A DNA stretch of 64,000 nucleotides, taken from positions 224,001 through 288,000 of the forward strand of contig CP122380.1 of assembly GCA_024650005.2 (NCBI GenBank), in the 5' to 3' direction. A model generated the notes under the pieces. It had not been told where the DNA came from. It worked only from the letters and a program-made list of their open reading frames with translations, and searched no databases. The first letter of the stretch is position 1. Each line of letters starts with the position of its first letter. Made by a program: the position numbers and the translations under genes. Shown in pieces: positions 39,792 through 50,267 of this stretch. The DNA comes from Candidatus Bathyarchaeum tardum. GTDB lineage: Archaea; Thermoproteota; Bathyarchaeia; Bathyarchaeales; Bathyarchaeaceae.

Positions 39792-42700
39792 ATGTCAGAT
39801 GATATAATTCATAAAATTATAGACGAACTTTACTTTGGGCTGTTTTCCCCCCAAGACATCCGAAGACAATCCGTTGCAGAAATCCAAACAGCAGACACTT
39901 ACGACGAAGACGGCGCCCCAATTACTTCTGGACTTATGGACGGAAGATTAGGAACCCTAGAACCCCGACAACGATGCAAAACCTGTGGAAACACTGCAAT
40001 ACGCTGTCCAGGACACTTTGGTCACATCGAATTAGCTGTTCCAATTATTCACATTGAATTTACAAAAATTATTCACAATTTGCTCCAAACTACCTGTAGA
40101 AACTGCGGGCGTGTTCTACTTACTGAAAGTCGTGTTGCTTCAGTAAGAGCTCAAATCCAAGAACAAATCGACTTGTTGGGAGAAGTTCCCCCGGACTTTT
40201 ATAAATTAATAACAAAAGAAGCGAAAAAGAAAGAATGTCCATACTGTGGTGCCCAGCAATCAAAAATTGATTTTGCTAAACCTACCACTTTTTATGAAGT
40301 ACTTGAAGAAGAAGGCGCTCAACGATTAACACAAAGCATGATACGAGAACGACTTGAACGCGTACCCGACGACGATTTAGAATTGTTCGGTTTCACCCCT
40401 GCTACTGCCCGTCCAGAGTGGATGATTCTCCAAGTTCTGCCAGTACCTCCAGTATATGTTAGACCTTCTATTACTTTAGAATCAGGAATTCGTTCAGAAG
40501 ACGACCTAACGCACAAACTTGTTGACATTATCAGAATCAATCAGCGTCTGCGAGAAAACATGGAAGCTGGTGCCCCTACTCTCATTATTCAAGACCTTTC
40601 TGAATTGCTTCAGTATCACTGTACCACTTACTTTAATAACGAAGCATCAGGAATTCCTCCTGCACGTCACCGTTCAGGAAGAGCTCTCAAGACCATTTCT
40701 CAGCGTCTGAAAGGAAAAGAAGGTCGATTCCGAAGCAACCTGTCTGGAAAACGTGTAGACTTTTCTGCTCGTACAGTTGTTTCTCCTGATCCAAACCTTG
40801 ACATCAACGAAGTTGGTGTTCCTCAAGAAATTGCTATGCGTTTGTCTATGCCTGAAAAGGTTACTGTTTGGAACATCGAAGAAATGCGCAAACTGATTAT
40901 CAATGGTCCAGAAAACTTCCCAGGTGCCCTTTATGTCGTGCGACCTGATGGAAAACGTGTCAGACTAGAATTTGTTATTGAACGTGACAAGGTTGCAGAA
41001 TCTTTGGAAACTGGCTTCATTGTAGAACGACATCTAATGAATGGAGACATTGCAATCTTCAATCGTCAGCCTTCACTTCACCGGATGTCAATTATGGCAC
41101 ATTATGTGCGGGTTTTGCCCCATAAGACCTTCAGGTTGCACCTATGTGTTTGTCCTCCCTACAACGCGGACTTTGACGGCGACGAAATGAACCTGCACGT
41201 TCCCCAGGGTGAAGAAGCTCAAACAGAAGCTCGTATGCTGATGCAGGTACAAGACCAGATTCTATCTCCAAGATTTGGTGGACCAATCATTGGAGCTATC
41301 CGAGACTTTATCACTGCATCTTACTTGTTCACTCGAAAAGCAAGTTACTTAACAAAAGCTGAAGTCTGCAGATTGCTTGTAGCTTCTGGTTTTGACGGTG
41401 AATTACCTGAACCCGAAATCAAAGAACCCCAACCCATGTGGAGTGGGAAACAAATCTTTAGTTTGTATCTTCCAAAAGACTTGAATTATGTTCTAAAGTC
41501 GACAATCTGCCGAAACTGTAAAACTTGTTTAGGCGAAGACTGTGAAAACGACGCCTATGTGGTTGTTAAGAACGGAGTTCTCAAAAGCGGCCTTATCGAC
41601 AGACGATCAATTGGAGCTGAACAATCAGACAGTTTGCTTCACCGAATAATCAAAGATTATGGCTCTGAAGCTGGACGAAAATTCCTTAATGACATTTGTC
41701 AACTTTTGAAAGTCTTCATTGGCATGCGTGGATTCACTTACTCCTATGACGAACTTGAACTTTCAGACGCTGCAAGAAAGAAAATCCGAAGAAACATGAA
41801 CATAATCGAAAAACGCATTGAAAAACTCATCACTGACTACCGTGCTGGAACTCTACCGCGTCTTCCTGGTCAGACTCTTAACGAATCTTTTGAAATCTAC
41901 GTTATGAATGAACTCGCCGAAGCCCGAGACAAAGCAGGCAAAGTCGCAGACGAAGACTTCGAACTAGAAAACTCTGGAATCATCATGACTCGCACTGGAG
42001 CCCGTGGCTCTAACCTTAACATCGGTCAAATGACTGCTTGTGTTGGTCAACAGGCTGTACGAGGAAAACGTATCATGCGAGGTTACGTGAACCGAGCGTT
42101 GTCTCACTTCAAAGAAGGTGACCCAACTCCCCGCGCACGAGGATTCGTTTACAACTCATACCAAACTGGATTGGATCCCATTGAATACTTCTTCCACGCC
42201 ATGGGTGGTAGGGAAGGTCTAGTAGACACGGCAGTCCGTACCCAGCAAAGTGGTTACATGCAGAGACGTCTGATTAACGCTCTTGAGCAATTGCGAGTTG
42301 AATACGACGGCACTGTCAGAAACTCCATTGGTGATGTTATTCAGATTACCTATGGTGAAGACGGTGTTGACCCTGCAAAGAGTGACCACGGTCTTGCTGT
42401 AAACGTTAGCCGAATAATCGACCAAGTCGGAATCATGGTGGACAAAGAAACTCCTGCCAGTAAAGATTACGTAATGGAACGACTCAGTGAAGTTGAGGAT
42501 CGACTAACTCCTCTTCTGGTATCTGAGCTTAAAAACGAACTTAAACGAGCAAAATTCGGCAAAACAGGTGTAGACAAAGCCATTAGTTTAACCTTAGAAA
42601 ACTACAAACGTGCATTGGTTGAACCCGGAGAAGCTGTGGGTATTGTTGCTGCCCAGTCTATTGGAGAACCTGGTACCCAGATGACTCTACGTACTTTCCA

Positions 42701-43613
42701 CTATGCGGGTGTCCGAGAACAAAACGTCACCCTTGGTTTGCCTAGGCTTATCGAGATTGTTGACGCTCGCAGAAGTCCATCAACTCCTATTATGAACATT
42801 TACCTGGACAAAGAACACCGCAAGAGCAAAGAAAAAGCCACAGAAATTGCACGGGATGTTATCACCACAACTTTGGGTGATGTTGCAGCAGCTGAGCCTT
42901 ACGTTGATCCTGAACTAGAAGTAGTGGTTGTAGAACTTGATCCAGTACTTTGCAGTGAACGATGTGTGAATGTCGAAGGACTACCTGACGTTATCAAACT
43001 GACGAGCTATGATGTTAGTTTGGAAGAAAACCGTTTACTGTTCACGCCTAAGAAAGAAGTGGATATGAGTAAGCTTGTAGCTTCCCTTCCATCTGAACAC
43101 ATTAAAGGTGTGCCTGATATCCGTAGGGTTCTTGTTACTGAAGAAACTGGTGAATGGGTTATCCGAACAGACGGCTCTAACTTGTCTGCTGTTCTTGACG
43201 TTTCTGGTATTGATCCAACACGAACAACAACAAATAATGTTCACGAAATCGCCGAAACCTTGGGAATTGAAGCAGCAAGAAACTCCTTAATGAAAGAAGC
43301 CTTGGGTGTTCTTGAAGAACAAGGTCTAGACGTTGATATCCGACACGTTATGTTGATGGCAGACATCATGACTTCAACAGGTGATGTAAGACAAATCGGG
43401 CGACACGGAATCAGTGGAAAGAAATCCAGTGTTCTGGCCAGAGCAGCTTTCGAGATTACTGTTCCTAACCTTGTTGATGCAGCAATCAAAGGTTCCAGTG
43501 ATCCATTGAAAGGTGTAACCGAAAACGTTATAGTTGGCCAGTCGATACCCATCGGCACAGGTCTCGTTGATCTTTATATGACACCAACAAAGAACAGAGA
43601 GAAGAAACAATGA
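39792..43613 (+). CDS. rpoA: DNA-directed RNA polymerase subunit A, fused A'/A''
   Basis: CPGHFGHIEL, NADFDGDEMN and AAQSIGEPGTQMT motifs and the ARAAFE tail, all in one 1273-aa ORF. Confidence 0.98.
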   Translation: MSDDIIHKIIDELYFGLFSPQDIRRQSVAEIQTADTYDEDGAPITSGLMDGRLGTLEPRQRCKTCGNTAIRCPGHFGHIELAVPIIHIEFTKIIHNLLQTTCRNCGRVLLTESRVASVRAQIQEQIDLLGEVPPDFYKLITKEAKKKECPYCGAQQSKIDFAKPTTFYEVLEEEGAQRLTQSMIRERLERVPDDDLELFGFTPATARPEWMILQVLPVPPVYVRPSITLESGIRSEDDLTHKLVDIIRINQRLRENMEAGAPTLIIQDLSELLQYHCTTYFNNEASGIPPARHRSGRALKTISQRLKGKEGRFRSNLSGKRVDFSARTVVSPDPNLDINEVGVPQEIAMRLSMPEKVTVWNIEEMRKLIINGPENFPGALYVVRPDGKRVRLEFVIERDKVAESLETGFIVERHLMNGDIAIFNRQPSLHRMSIMAHYVRVLPHKTFRLHLCVCPPYNADFDGDEMNLHVPQGEEAQTEARMLMQVQDQILSPRFGGPIIGAIRDFITASYLFTRKASYLTKAEVCRLLVASGFDGELPEPEIKEPQPMWSGKQIFSLYLPKDLNYVLKSTICRNCKTCLGEDCENDAYVVVKNGVLKSGLIDRRSIGAEQSDSLLHRIIKDYGSEAGRKFLNDICQLLKVFIGMRGFTYSYDELELSDAARKKIRRNMNIIEKRIEKLITDYRAGTLPRLPGQTLNESFEIYVMNELAEARDKAGKVADEDFELENSGIIMTRTGARGSNLNIGQMTACVGQQAVRGKRIMRGYVNRALSHFKEGDPTPRARGFVYNSYQTGLDPIEYFFHAMGGREGLVDTAVRTQQSGYMQRRLINALEQLRVEYDGTVRNSIGDVIQITYGEDGVDPAKSDHGLAVNVSRIIDQVGIMVDKETPASKDYVMERLSEVEDRLTPLLVSELKNELKRAKFGKTGVDKAISLTLENYKRALVEPGEAVGIVAAQSIGEPGTQMTLRTFHYAGVREQNVTLGLPRLIEIVDARRSPSTPIMNIYLDKEHRKSKEKATEIARDVITTTLGDVAAAEPYVDPELEVVVVELDPVLCSERCVNVEGLPDVIKLTSYDVSLEENRLLFTPKKEVDMSKLVASLPSEHIKGVPDIRRVLVTEETGEWVIRTDGSNLSAVLDVSGIDPTRTTTNNVHEIAETLGIEAARNSLMKEALGVLEEQGLDVDIRHVMLMADIMTSTGDVRQIGRHGISGKKSSVLARAAFEITVPNLVDAAIKGSSDPLKGVTENVIVGQSIPIGTGLVDLYMTPTKNREKKQ

Positions 43614-43912
43614 TAGATGTCAACAAAGCAATAACAACAACTGCGAAAACTGGAAGAATTCAAATTGGAGCAAAAAGTGCACTGAAAAGTGCTAAAGCCA
43701 AAAAGGCCAAATTGATTATATTTGCTTCTAACTGTCCTTCTGGTATTCAAGAAGAGATTGAACAATACTGTAAGATTGCAGAAATTCCAGTATCCGTATT
43801 TAAAGGTGAAAGTACAGATCTAGGTGCACTATGTGGAAAACCCTACACCATTTGTGTTTTGACTGTTAAAGATCCTGGTGACTCACAGATTCTAAAAATC
43901 ACGGAGGAATAA
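43610..43912 (+). CDS. rpl30e: 50S ribosomal protein L30e
   Basis: KTG...G, ASNCP, LGALCGKP and DPGDS motifs; operon position. Confidence 0.96.
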   Translation: MIDVNKAITTTAKTGRIQIGAKSALKSAKAKKAKLIIFASNCPSGIQEEIEQYCKIAEIPVSVFKGESTDLGALCGKPYTICVLTVKDPGDSQILKITEE

Positions 43913-43917
43913 ACTGA

Positions 43918-44355
43918 ATGGCTTCTGGAATCAAGCTGACAAGTGTAGAAATGCGTTACATCGCCCTTTTTCAAAGCATAACCGGTGCAACAGTGAAAGA
44001 CTGCATAGTTGACGAAGACCTCAACAGAATCATCTTTGTCGTCAAAGAAGGCTCTATTGGCATGGCAATCGGCAAACGAGGAAAAAACATACATCAACTA
44101 GAAAAAATGACTGGCAAAAAACACGAAATCATTGAACACTCTGAAAATCCTGCCCAGTTCATCAAAAACGCACTCAAACCCGCTAAAGTAGACGAAGTAC
44201 GAATAACTGAACGGATGGATGGAAAAAAAATCGCAGTAATATCTGTTAACCCCAAAGACAAGGGCGTCGCCATAGGCAAAAACGGCAGAAACGCTGAAAG
44301 AATCCGCTTTCTAGCAAAACGCTATTTCAACATTCAAAACGTCAGCATAACATAG
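43918..44355 (+). CDS. nusA: Archaeal NusA
   Basis: Two KH motifs AIGKRG and AIGKNGRN. Confidence 0.96.
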   Translation: MASGIKLTSVEMRYIALFQSITGATVKDCIVDEDLNRIIFVVKEGSIGMAIGKRGKNIHQLEKMTGKKHEIIEHSENPAQFIKNALKPAKVDEVRITERMDGKKIAVISVNPKDKGVAIGKNGRNAERIRFLAKRYFNIQNVSIT

Positions 44356-44442
44356 CATTTTCTTTAGCTAAAACAAATTTGTGCTTTTCTCCATTAGTTA
44401 ATAATAATATATTGTGGGTTTATATGGCCTATTCAAATCAGT

Positions 44443-44499
44443 TGGTCAAAGAACTTTGACTAACATTTTCATTTATTTGGTCAAGAAACTTTGATAAAA
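44443..44499 (+). promoter_or_regulatory. Two tandem GTCAA-N6-TTGA(C/T) operators before the BRE/TATA
   Basis: TGGTCAAAGAACTTTGACT (44443) and TGGTCAAGAAACTTTGATAAAA (44478), followed by TTTTTATTAAA and ATG 44538. Confidence 0.6.
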
Positions 44500-44537
44500 A
44501 CCTTTTTTATTAAATTTCTAATAGAAAATAAATTGTT

Positions 44538-46721
44538 ATGCAAACTAGCTTTAGAAAACAGGCTTCAGTGGCAGGTTTGTGTTTTGTTCTTTGTTTTGTT
44601 TTAGTTTCTGGTCCCGTTGTTCGAATTGTTAATGCACGACCTAGTACACTTGTTGTTCCTGACGTTTATTCGACGATTCAGAACGCAATCGATAATGCTG
44701 ATGATGGAGATATTGTATATGTAAAAAGTGGCGAATATTTGGAATATCTGGTTGTGGATAAATCTGTTTCACTTGTTGGTGAAAATAAGGAAACAACAAT
44801 AGTTTATCGACGTGACCAAGCTTATCCTGACGTATATCCTACAATTTTGGTAAGAGCGGATAACGTGAATATTACTGGGTTCACGATACGAAATAATGTT
44901 TCTGCTCCTTCTTTGATTCCGAGTGGAGCCGTTAACTCCCATTCTGCTGTCCATTTACTAAATGTTAAAGATTGTAATTTGGTTGGAAACATTATTATTG
45001 ACAGCGGATATGGTGTCTGGCTTTTTGATGCATCAGAAAACAAGGTTTCTGGTAATTTAATCATGAATTGTGCTCATGGAATTTTGGTTGATAAATCTTT
45101 AAACAATACTATAGTTGAGAACACTATTTCAGGCTCCAGTAATGGCATTTTACTTTCATCTTCTGGATGTAACACTCTTAGGAAAAATAGTATTTTGAAT
45201 TCTTCCCATAATTTTGGAGTAACAGGCTCTGAACTGTCACACTTCATGAATGATGTTGATGCATCAAACACAATTAACAATAGCGAAATATACTACCTTG
45301 TCAACAAAAAGAATCTAATAATAGATCCAGTTACATTTCCAGACTTAGCAGCACTAATACTTGTAAACTGCACCGACATAAAAGTCCAAAACTTGAATAT
45401 AACTAACAATTATTGTGGGCTACATCTTTTTAATGTTACAAGTTGCACTATAGCCCAAAATATTTTTTCAAATAATAATGGTGGTATTTGGCTTCAGTTC
45501 GTTTCTGATTGTGTCATTTCTGAGAATAATGTGGTCGCAAACGCTGATTGGGGAATTCGGGTAGAAAATTCACAAGATATTCTCATAACTGGAAATAACT
45601 CAACTTACAATCAACTACTGAGCATTATGCTTGTCAATTCTGATAACAATACTATTGTTGACAATAATGTGACAAACTTTCGCTTCAATCAAAATAACGG
45701 AGGAGAAAAACCGTTCTATTTAGAGTCCTCGAACAACAACTGCATCATAAATAATCAAATATTTGACGACAGAGGCTTGCATGGAATATCCCTTATTGAT
45801 TCTTCTTATAATCTTTTGAGTTCAAACAATGTTACAATTGGTGGACCTGGAATAGACATCAGAGGTGCATCATGTTACAACAAAATAGTCAGCAACAACT
45901 TTACAACTGACCGAGGAAGTTATGGAGTGAGCCTTTTTTCATCGTTTAACACCTTTATTGGAAATTATATCTATAATTTTTCAAATGGATTCCACTCCTC
46001 TCATTCCTCACATAATTTAATTACTGAAAACACAATCGAAAGCAAATCAGCAAGTTTCTATTTTTACAATTTCAGCAATAACCAGATTTATCACAACAAT
46101 ATTCAAGGGCAAAGAGTTTGGGATTTGGGCAGAGACCAACCAGGTAGAATCGTTTCAGTTAATCAATGGGACAATGGCATCGAAGGTAACTACTGGAGTG
46201 ATTATGCAGTAAATGGCACTGACGGGTTCGGTATTGGCGAACAGTCATATTTTATTGATGACGACAACCAAGACAATTACCCGCTTATTTCCCCTGTTAA
46301 AGTGTTTGATGCCGGACTATGGGAAGGAACACCGTACACTGTTAGTGTAATTAGCAATTCATCAGTTTCAGATTTTTCCTTCATCCCTGATGGCAAAATA
46401 AACTTTAAAGTTGAAGGTGAAACTGGAACTGCAGGTTTTTGCCGAGTAACAATTCCTAAAGACCTTTTGGATGCTGAAGAAAACAGTTGGAGTGTTTTAG
46501 TAAACGATGATTTGGTAACCCCAACAATAAACATGGACACAAAAAACACATTGCTGAACTTCACTTATAGTCACAATGTAACAACTATTAAAATAACTGG
46601 AACCACTGCAATTCCAGAGTTTCTTTCATGGATTCTTGTGCCTCTGTTTTTGGCTTTAACTTTAGCTATTTGTTTGTGTAAAAAAAAGTTGTTCATTACA
46701 ACTGTTTGGCAGTCAAATTAA
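44538..46721 (+). CDS. Secreted NosD/CASH beta-helix surface protein with PEF-CTERM-like anchor
   Basis: Signal peptide, VPD.YSTIQ.AI, GNYWSDY, D.YPL and C-terminal IPEF + TM + basic tail. Confidence 0.88.
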   Translation: MQTSFRKQASVAGLCFVLCFVLVSGPVVRIVNARPSTLVVPDVYSTIQNAIDNADDGDIVYVKSGEYLEYLVVDKSVSLVGENKETTIVYRRDQAYPDVYPTILVRADNVNITGFTIRNNVSAPSLIPSGAVNSHSAVHLLNVKDCNLVGNIIIDSGYGVWLFDASENKVSGNLIMNCAHGILVDKSLNNTIVENTISGSSNGILLSSSGCNTLRKNSILNSSHNFGVTGSELSHFMNDVDASNTINNSEIYYLVNKKNLIIDPVTFPDLAALILVNCTDIKVQNLNITNNYCGLHLFNVTSCTIAQNIFSNNNGGIWLQFVSDCVISENNVVANADWGIRVENSQDILITGNNSTYNQLLSIMLVNSDNNTIVDNNVTNFRFNQNNGGEKPFYLESSNNNCIINNQIFDDRGLHGISLIDSSYNLLSSNNVTIGGPGIDIRGASCYNKIVSNNFTTDRGSYGVSLFSSFNTFIGNYIYNFSNGFHSSHSSHNLITENTIESKSASFYFYNFSNNQIYHNNIQGQRVWDLGRDQPGRIVSVNQWDNGIEGNYWSDYAVNGTDGFGIGEQSYFIDDDNQDNYPLISPVKVFDAGLWEGTPYTVSVISNSSVSDFSFIPDGKINFKVEGETGTAGFCRVTIPKDLLDAEENSWSVLVNDDLVTPTINMDTKNTLLNFTYSHNVTTIKITGTTAIPEFLSWILVPLFLALTLAICLCKKKLFITTVWQSN

Positions 46722-46766
46722 TTGTCTTCTTGAACTGAGTGTTAACCTTTTTCTCAAATATGCGGG

Positions 46767-49181
46767 TTACTGATTATTCTTTTTTGAAAGCATCTTTTCT
46801 AGTCTGGGACGCATTTTTTCGTTTTCAGCTATTATTTTTTCTGGACCTAAACCTTCTATCTGTTCAGTCATTTCTTTCATGACTTGTGCAAATTTTACTC
46901 CTTCTGCGGCTGAAATGTATTCTACTCTGAGGCGTTCTTTGCTCATTCCCATTTTTTGTAAAACTTTGGAAAGAGCTTCCATACGTTTAGTCATCTGAAC
47001 GTTACCTGAAATGTAGTGACAATCAAACGGTAAGTGACATGCCCCAATCATAACCATTGCAGCTCCTTGCCTGAATGCTTCTAAAACAAAATCTTTGTCT
47101 ACCCTGCCGGCACACATCACACGAATAGCACGCATATATGGTGGATACTCAAAGCGGCTTGTTCCTGCAAGGTCAGCTCCGGCATAGCTGCACCAGTTGC
47201 ACAAAAATCCAAGTATCTTTCCTTCAGGATTCTTTTCTAACGCTGCGTCTATCTGAGCTTTTATCTGATCATCAGTGAAATGCTTTTGTGTAATCGCATC
47301 AACAGGACATTCTGCAACACAGGTTCCGCAACCATGACACATTGCAGCTGTAACTTCAGCAACTTTGCCTTTTTCTCCAACTATTGCACTGTACGGACAC
47401 ACAGTAGCACAGATTCCACACTTGATACAAATGTCTGAATCAACTTCAGCGATTATTGGCTCTACCTTCCATGTGTCCTGAGAAAGGATCGTAGCTGCCC
47501 TGGCTGCTGCTCCACTTCCTTGAGCGACACTGTATGGGATGTCTTTTGGTCCTTGGCAGGCTCCAGCTAAAAATATGCCATCAACCGGTGTGTCTAATGG
47601 TTTTAGTTTGGGGTGGCTTTCCATGAAAAAACCGTCTGTGCCTCGTGTTATGCTCAAGATTCGGGCGACTTCTTCTGTTCCTTTGCTTGGAATAGCAGCA
47701 GTGCTCAAGACCACCATTTCAGATTCGATTTCTATGGGTTCCCCGAGCATGCTGTCTTCGGCACGAATTAAAAGATTTTTTGTTTCAGGAATTTCTTCTA
47801 TTTGGGCTACTCGTCCTTGAATAAAATTTACTCCCAGCTCCCGGGCTCTACGGTAGAATTGTTCGTAACCTTTAAAGTTAGTGCGCATGTCCAGATAGAA
47901 GATGTTGACATCCACCTCGTCATGATACTTTTCTTTCAAAAGCACTGCATTTTTTATTGCATACATGCAACAAAAGCCTGAACAGTATTCGTATCTGTTG
48001 ATGTCTCTAGAGCCTACACATTGAATAAATGACACTGAATTAGGTTTTTTTCCATCAGATGCTCGAATAACTTTACCGCTTGTAGGACCTGCAGCCAAAA
48101 TCAGGCGTTCAAACTCCATGGCTGTAATGACGTTGTCAAATCTGCTGTAGCCATACTGGATGTCTTGGTATGGCTTGTATACATCAAAACCTGTAGAGAC
48201 AATTATTGTTCCCACTTCTAGTTCTATTTCTTCTTCTTTTTGGTCAAAATTAATTGCTTCACGGGCACCACACGCGTCCACGCATTTGTAACACTCAATA
48301 CAATAGTCCCTGTTAATCGTGTAAACCAAAGGCACTGCCTGATCAAACGGAACCGAAATGGCCTTACGAACCCCCAAACTTTCATCCCATTCATTAGGAA
48401 TCTCAATGGGACAAACGTCCCTGCATTCACCACAGCCGGTGCAATCTTTAGCAACAACGTATCTGGGCTTCTTTTTTATTTTAACCTTAAAGTTGCCGAC
48501 AAACCCTTCCACGCTGACAAGGTCTGCAAAAGAAACAATTTCAATGTTCGGATGACGATAAACGTCAACCATCTTTGGACCTTCAATACAAATGGAACAA
48601 TCTAACGTTGGAAAGGTTTTATCCAACGCAGCCATATGACCGCCGATGCTTTCGGTTTTTTCTAACAGGTAAACTTTGTAACCCATGTCCGCTAGATCTA
48701 GAGCAGAACAAATTCCAGCAATTCCCCCACCGATTATTAGTGCCCTGTTTGTGACAGGAACTTCCATTGTTTTAAGATCTTCAAGCAATCTTGCCTTGGC
48801 AACGGCCATTTTCACAATTTCTTTAGCTTTTTCGGTTGCCTCTTTCGGGGTGCTTCCGTGGCACCACGAAGCAAATTCACGAATGTTTGCCATTTCAAAC
48901 AAGTAAGGATTCAAACCCGCATCAGAAACTGTTCGCCGAAAAGTTGGTTCATGCATACGAGGAGAACACGCTGCAACAACAACCCGGTTTAGGTCGTGTT
49001 CTTTGATGGCTTTCCGTATTTCCTCTTGCCCCGGGTCGGCACAAGTGTAACGGTTGTCTGTAGCTACAATAACATTAGGCAATGTCTTGGCATATTCTGT
49101 TAACTCTTTTACGTCAATTACGCCAGCAATGTTCAAACCACAATGACAGACAAACACACCAATTCTGGGTTCTTCAGGCAA
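46767..49181 (-). CDS. hdrA: Heterodisulfide reductase subunit A fused to MvhD
   Basis: GVFVCHCG, ACSP, GGGIAG, KTFPTLDC, QCVGSRD and GACQGPKDI motifs; C-terminal FLCNWCSYAGAD/RVMCAGR/CHY MvhD domain. Confidence 0.95.
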   Translation of the reverse strand: MPEEPRIGVFVCHCGLNIAGVIDVKELTEYAKTLPNVIVATDNRYTCADPGQEEIRKAIKEHDLNRVVVAACSPRMHEPTFRRTVSDAGLNPYLFEMANIREFASWCHGSTPKEATEKAKEIVKMAVAKARLLEDLKTMEVPVTNRALIIGGGIAGICSALDLADMGYKVYLLEKTESIGGHMAALDKTFPTLDCSICIEGPKMVDVYRHPNIEIVSFADLVSVEGFVGNFKVKIKKKPRYVVAKDCTGCGECRDVCPIEIPNEWDESLGVRKAISVPFDQAVPLVYTINRDYCIECYKCVDACGAREAINFDQKEEEIELEVGTIIVSTGFDVYKPYQDIQYGYSRFDNVITAMEFERLILAAGPTSGKVIRASDGKKPNSVSFIQCVGSRDINRYEYCSGFCCMYAIKNAVLLKEKYHDEVDVNIFYLDMRTNFKGYEQFYRRARELGVNFIQGRVAQIEEIPETKNLLIRAEDSMLGEPIEIESEMVVLSTAAIPSKGTEEVARILSITRGTDGFFMESHPKLKPLDTPVDGIFLAGACQGPKDIPYSVAQGSGAAARAATILSQDTWKVEPIIAEVDSDICIKCGICATVCPYSAIVGEKGKVAEVTAAMCHGCGTCVAECPVDAITQKHFTDDQIKAQIDAALEKNPEGKILGFLCNWCSYAGADLAGTSRFEYPPYMRAIRVMCAGRVDKDFVLEAFRQGAAMVMIGACHLPFDCHYISGNVQMTKRMEALSKVLQKMGMSKERLRVEYISAAEGVKFAQVMKEMTEQIEGLGPEKIIAENEKMRPRLEKMLSKKNNQ

Positions 49182-50126
49182 CTATTTTTCCTCCTGGGGG
49201 AACCTGTTCTCAACAGACTGTTTTCGACGTTTTGTACTTTTTGTTTGCAACTCCTTTGTTACAGCCTTTATCGACGCCAGCTTTTCCAATGCAGTATTCC
49301 AGGCTCCAGAATGAACTGGAGTATGCTGAATCTGAGTCCGCTCAAGAGTCAACGTCCCTTCCTTGGGGCAAACCATTTTGCAAACTCCACAATAAACACA
49401 ATTTTGCTCGTTAAACTGAACTTTTCCATCGTCAGACAAAACCAAAACTCCTAGAATCGGACAAACATCCACACAATCGCTGCAGCCATCTGGACACTTT
49501 TCTTGATTGATTTTTAGGTTTCCTTTTATTATTTTTTCTACATGAACAACGTTGTTTTCCACTTCTGTTTCACATAACCTACAACAAGGACAAGAATCTT
49601 TATCGATTTCCAGAGTAACTTTAAGATTTTGTTTGTCTGAAACTTTACTCAAATCCAAAACTTCTTTTCCGTCTGCAGTCTTAGCAGTTACCTTGATTAA
49701 ATCTAATGGACAAACCTGCTCAAGTTCTTTACATTTTATGTTGCATCTGTTTTGGTCGATTTCGATGTTTCTTGTAAGCTCAGGAAAACTTTCACTTTCA
49801 ACAACCGGACGGGCATGTTCGCCATTAATTTCAACTTTTAATGCTCCAAAAAGACAAATGGCGTCACACATTCCACAGAAATTACACTTTTCTTTGTTAA
49901 GGCTAATTGTTGGATGGTTTACTTTTTCGCCCTCTTTCTTTTTAGGCTTTATTGTTTCGATTGCTTCTCGGGGACAAATCTGTTCACAGATGCCGCAGCC
50001 TTTGCATTTGTTTTTATCCAAAGTTAAACTGTAGTTTTTGGTGTGCAAAATCCTCTCTATAATGAGTTTGTTGTCTTCTTCTTTTTTGAGCAACTTTATG
50101 GGCGTTTTTCTACCCACCCGAAACAT
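49182..50126 (-). CDS. Polyferredoxin (FwdF/MvhB-like)
   Basis: Multiple CxxCxxCxxxCP motifs; abuts hdrA. Confidence 0.85.
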   Translation of the reverse strand: MFRVGRKTPIKLLKKEEDNKLIIERILHTKNYSLTLDKNKCKGCGICEQICPREAIETIKPKKKEGEKVNHPTISLNKEKCNFCGMCDAICLFGALKVEINGEHARPVVESESFPELTRNIEIDQNRCNIKCKELEQVCPLDLIKVTAKTADGKEVLDLSKVSDKQNLKVTLEIDKDSCPCCRLCETEVENNVVHVEKIIKGNLKINQEKCPDGCSDCVDVCPILGVLVLSDDGKVQFNEQNCVYCGVCKMVCPKEGTLTLERTQIQHTPVHSGAWNTALEKLASIKAVTKELQTKSTKRRKQSVENRFPQEEK

Positions 50127-50267
50127 GTTTATCTATTTTAAAAGGCGATTTCATCCTTTTGGTTGAAAATTAGGTTCCGTGAGTGGTTATAAACCTTGTC
50201 ACTGTTGTTGACTATTTTTGGTAGTGTTTAAAAACGTCTGTTCTTAGTCTTTGTTGAGGAACAGTTC

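Noticed and set aside
39792-43613. Fused RpoA'/A'' as a novelty
   Set aside because: Already known in several TACK lineages; useful only as a taxonomic marker. No intein seen
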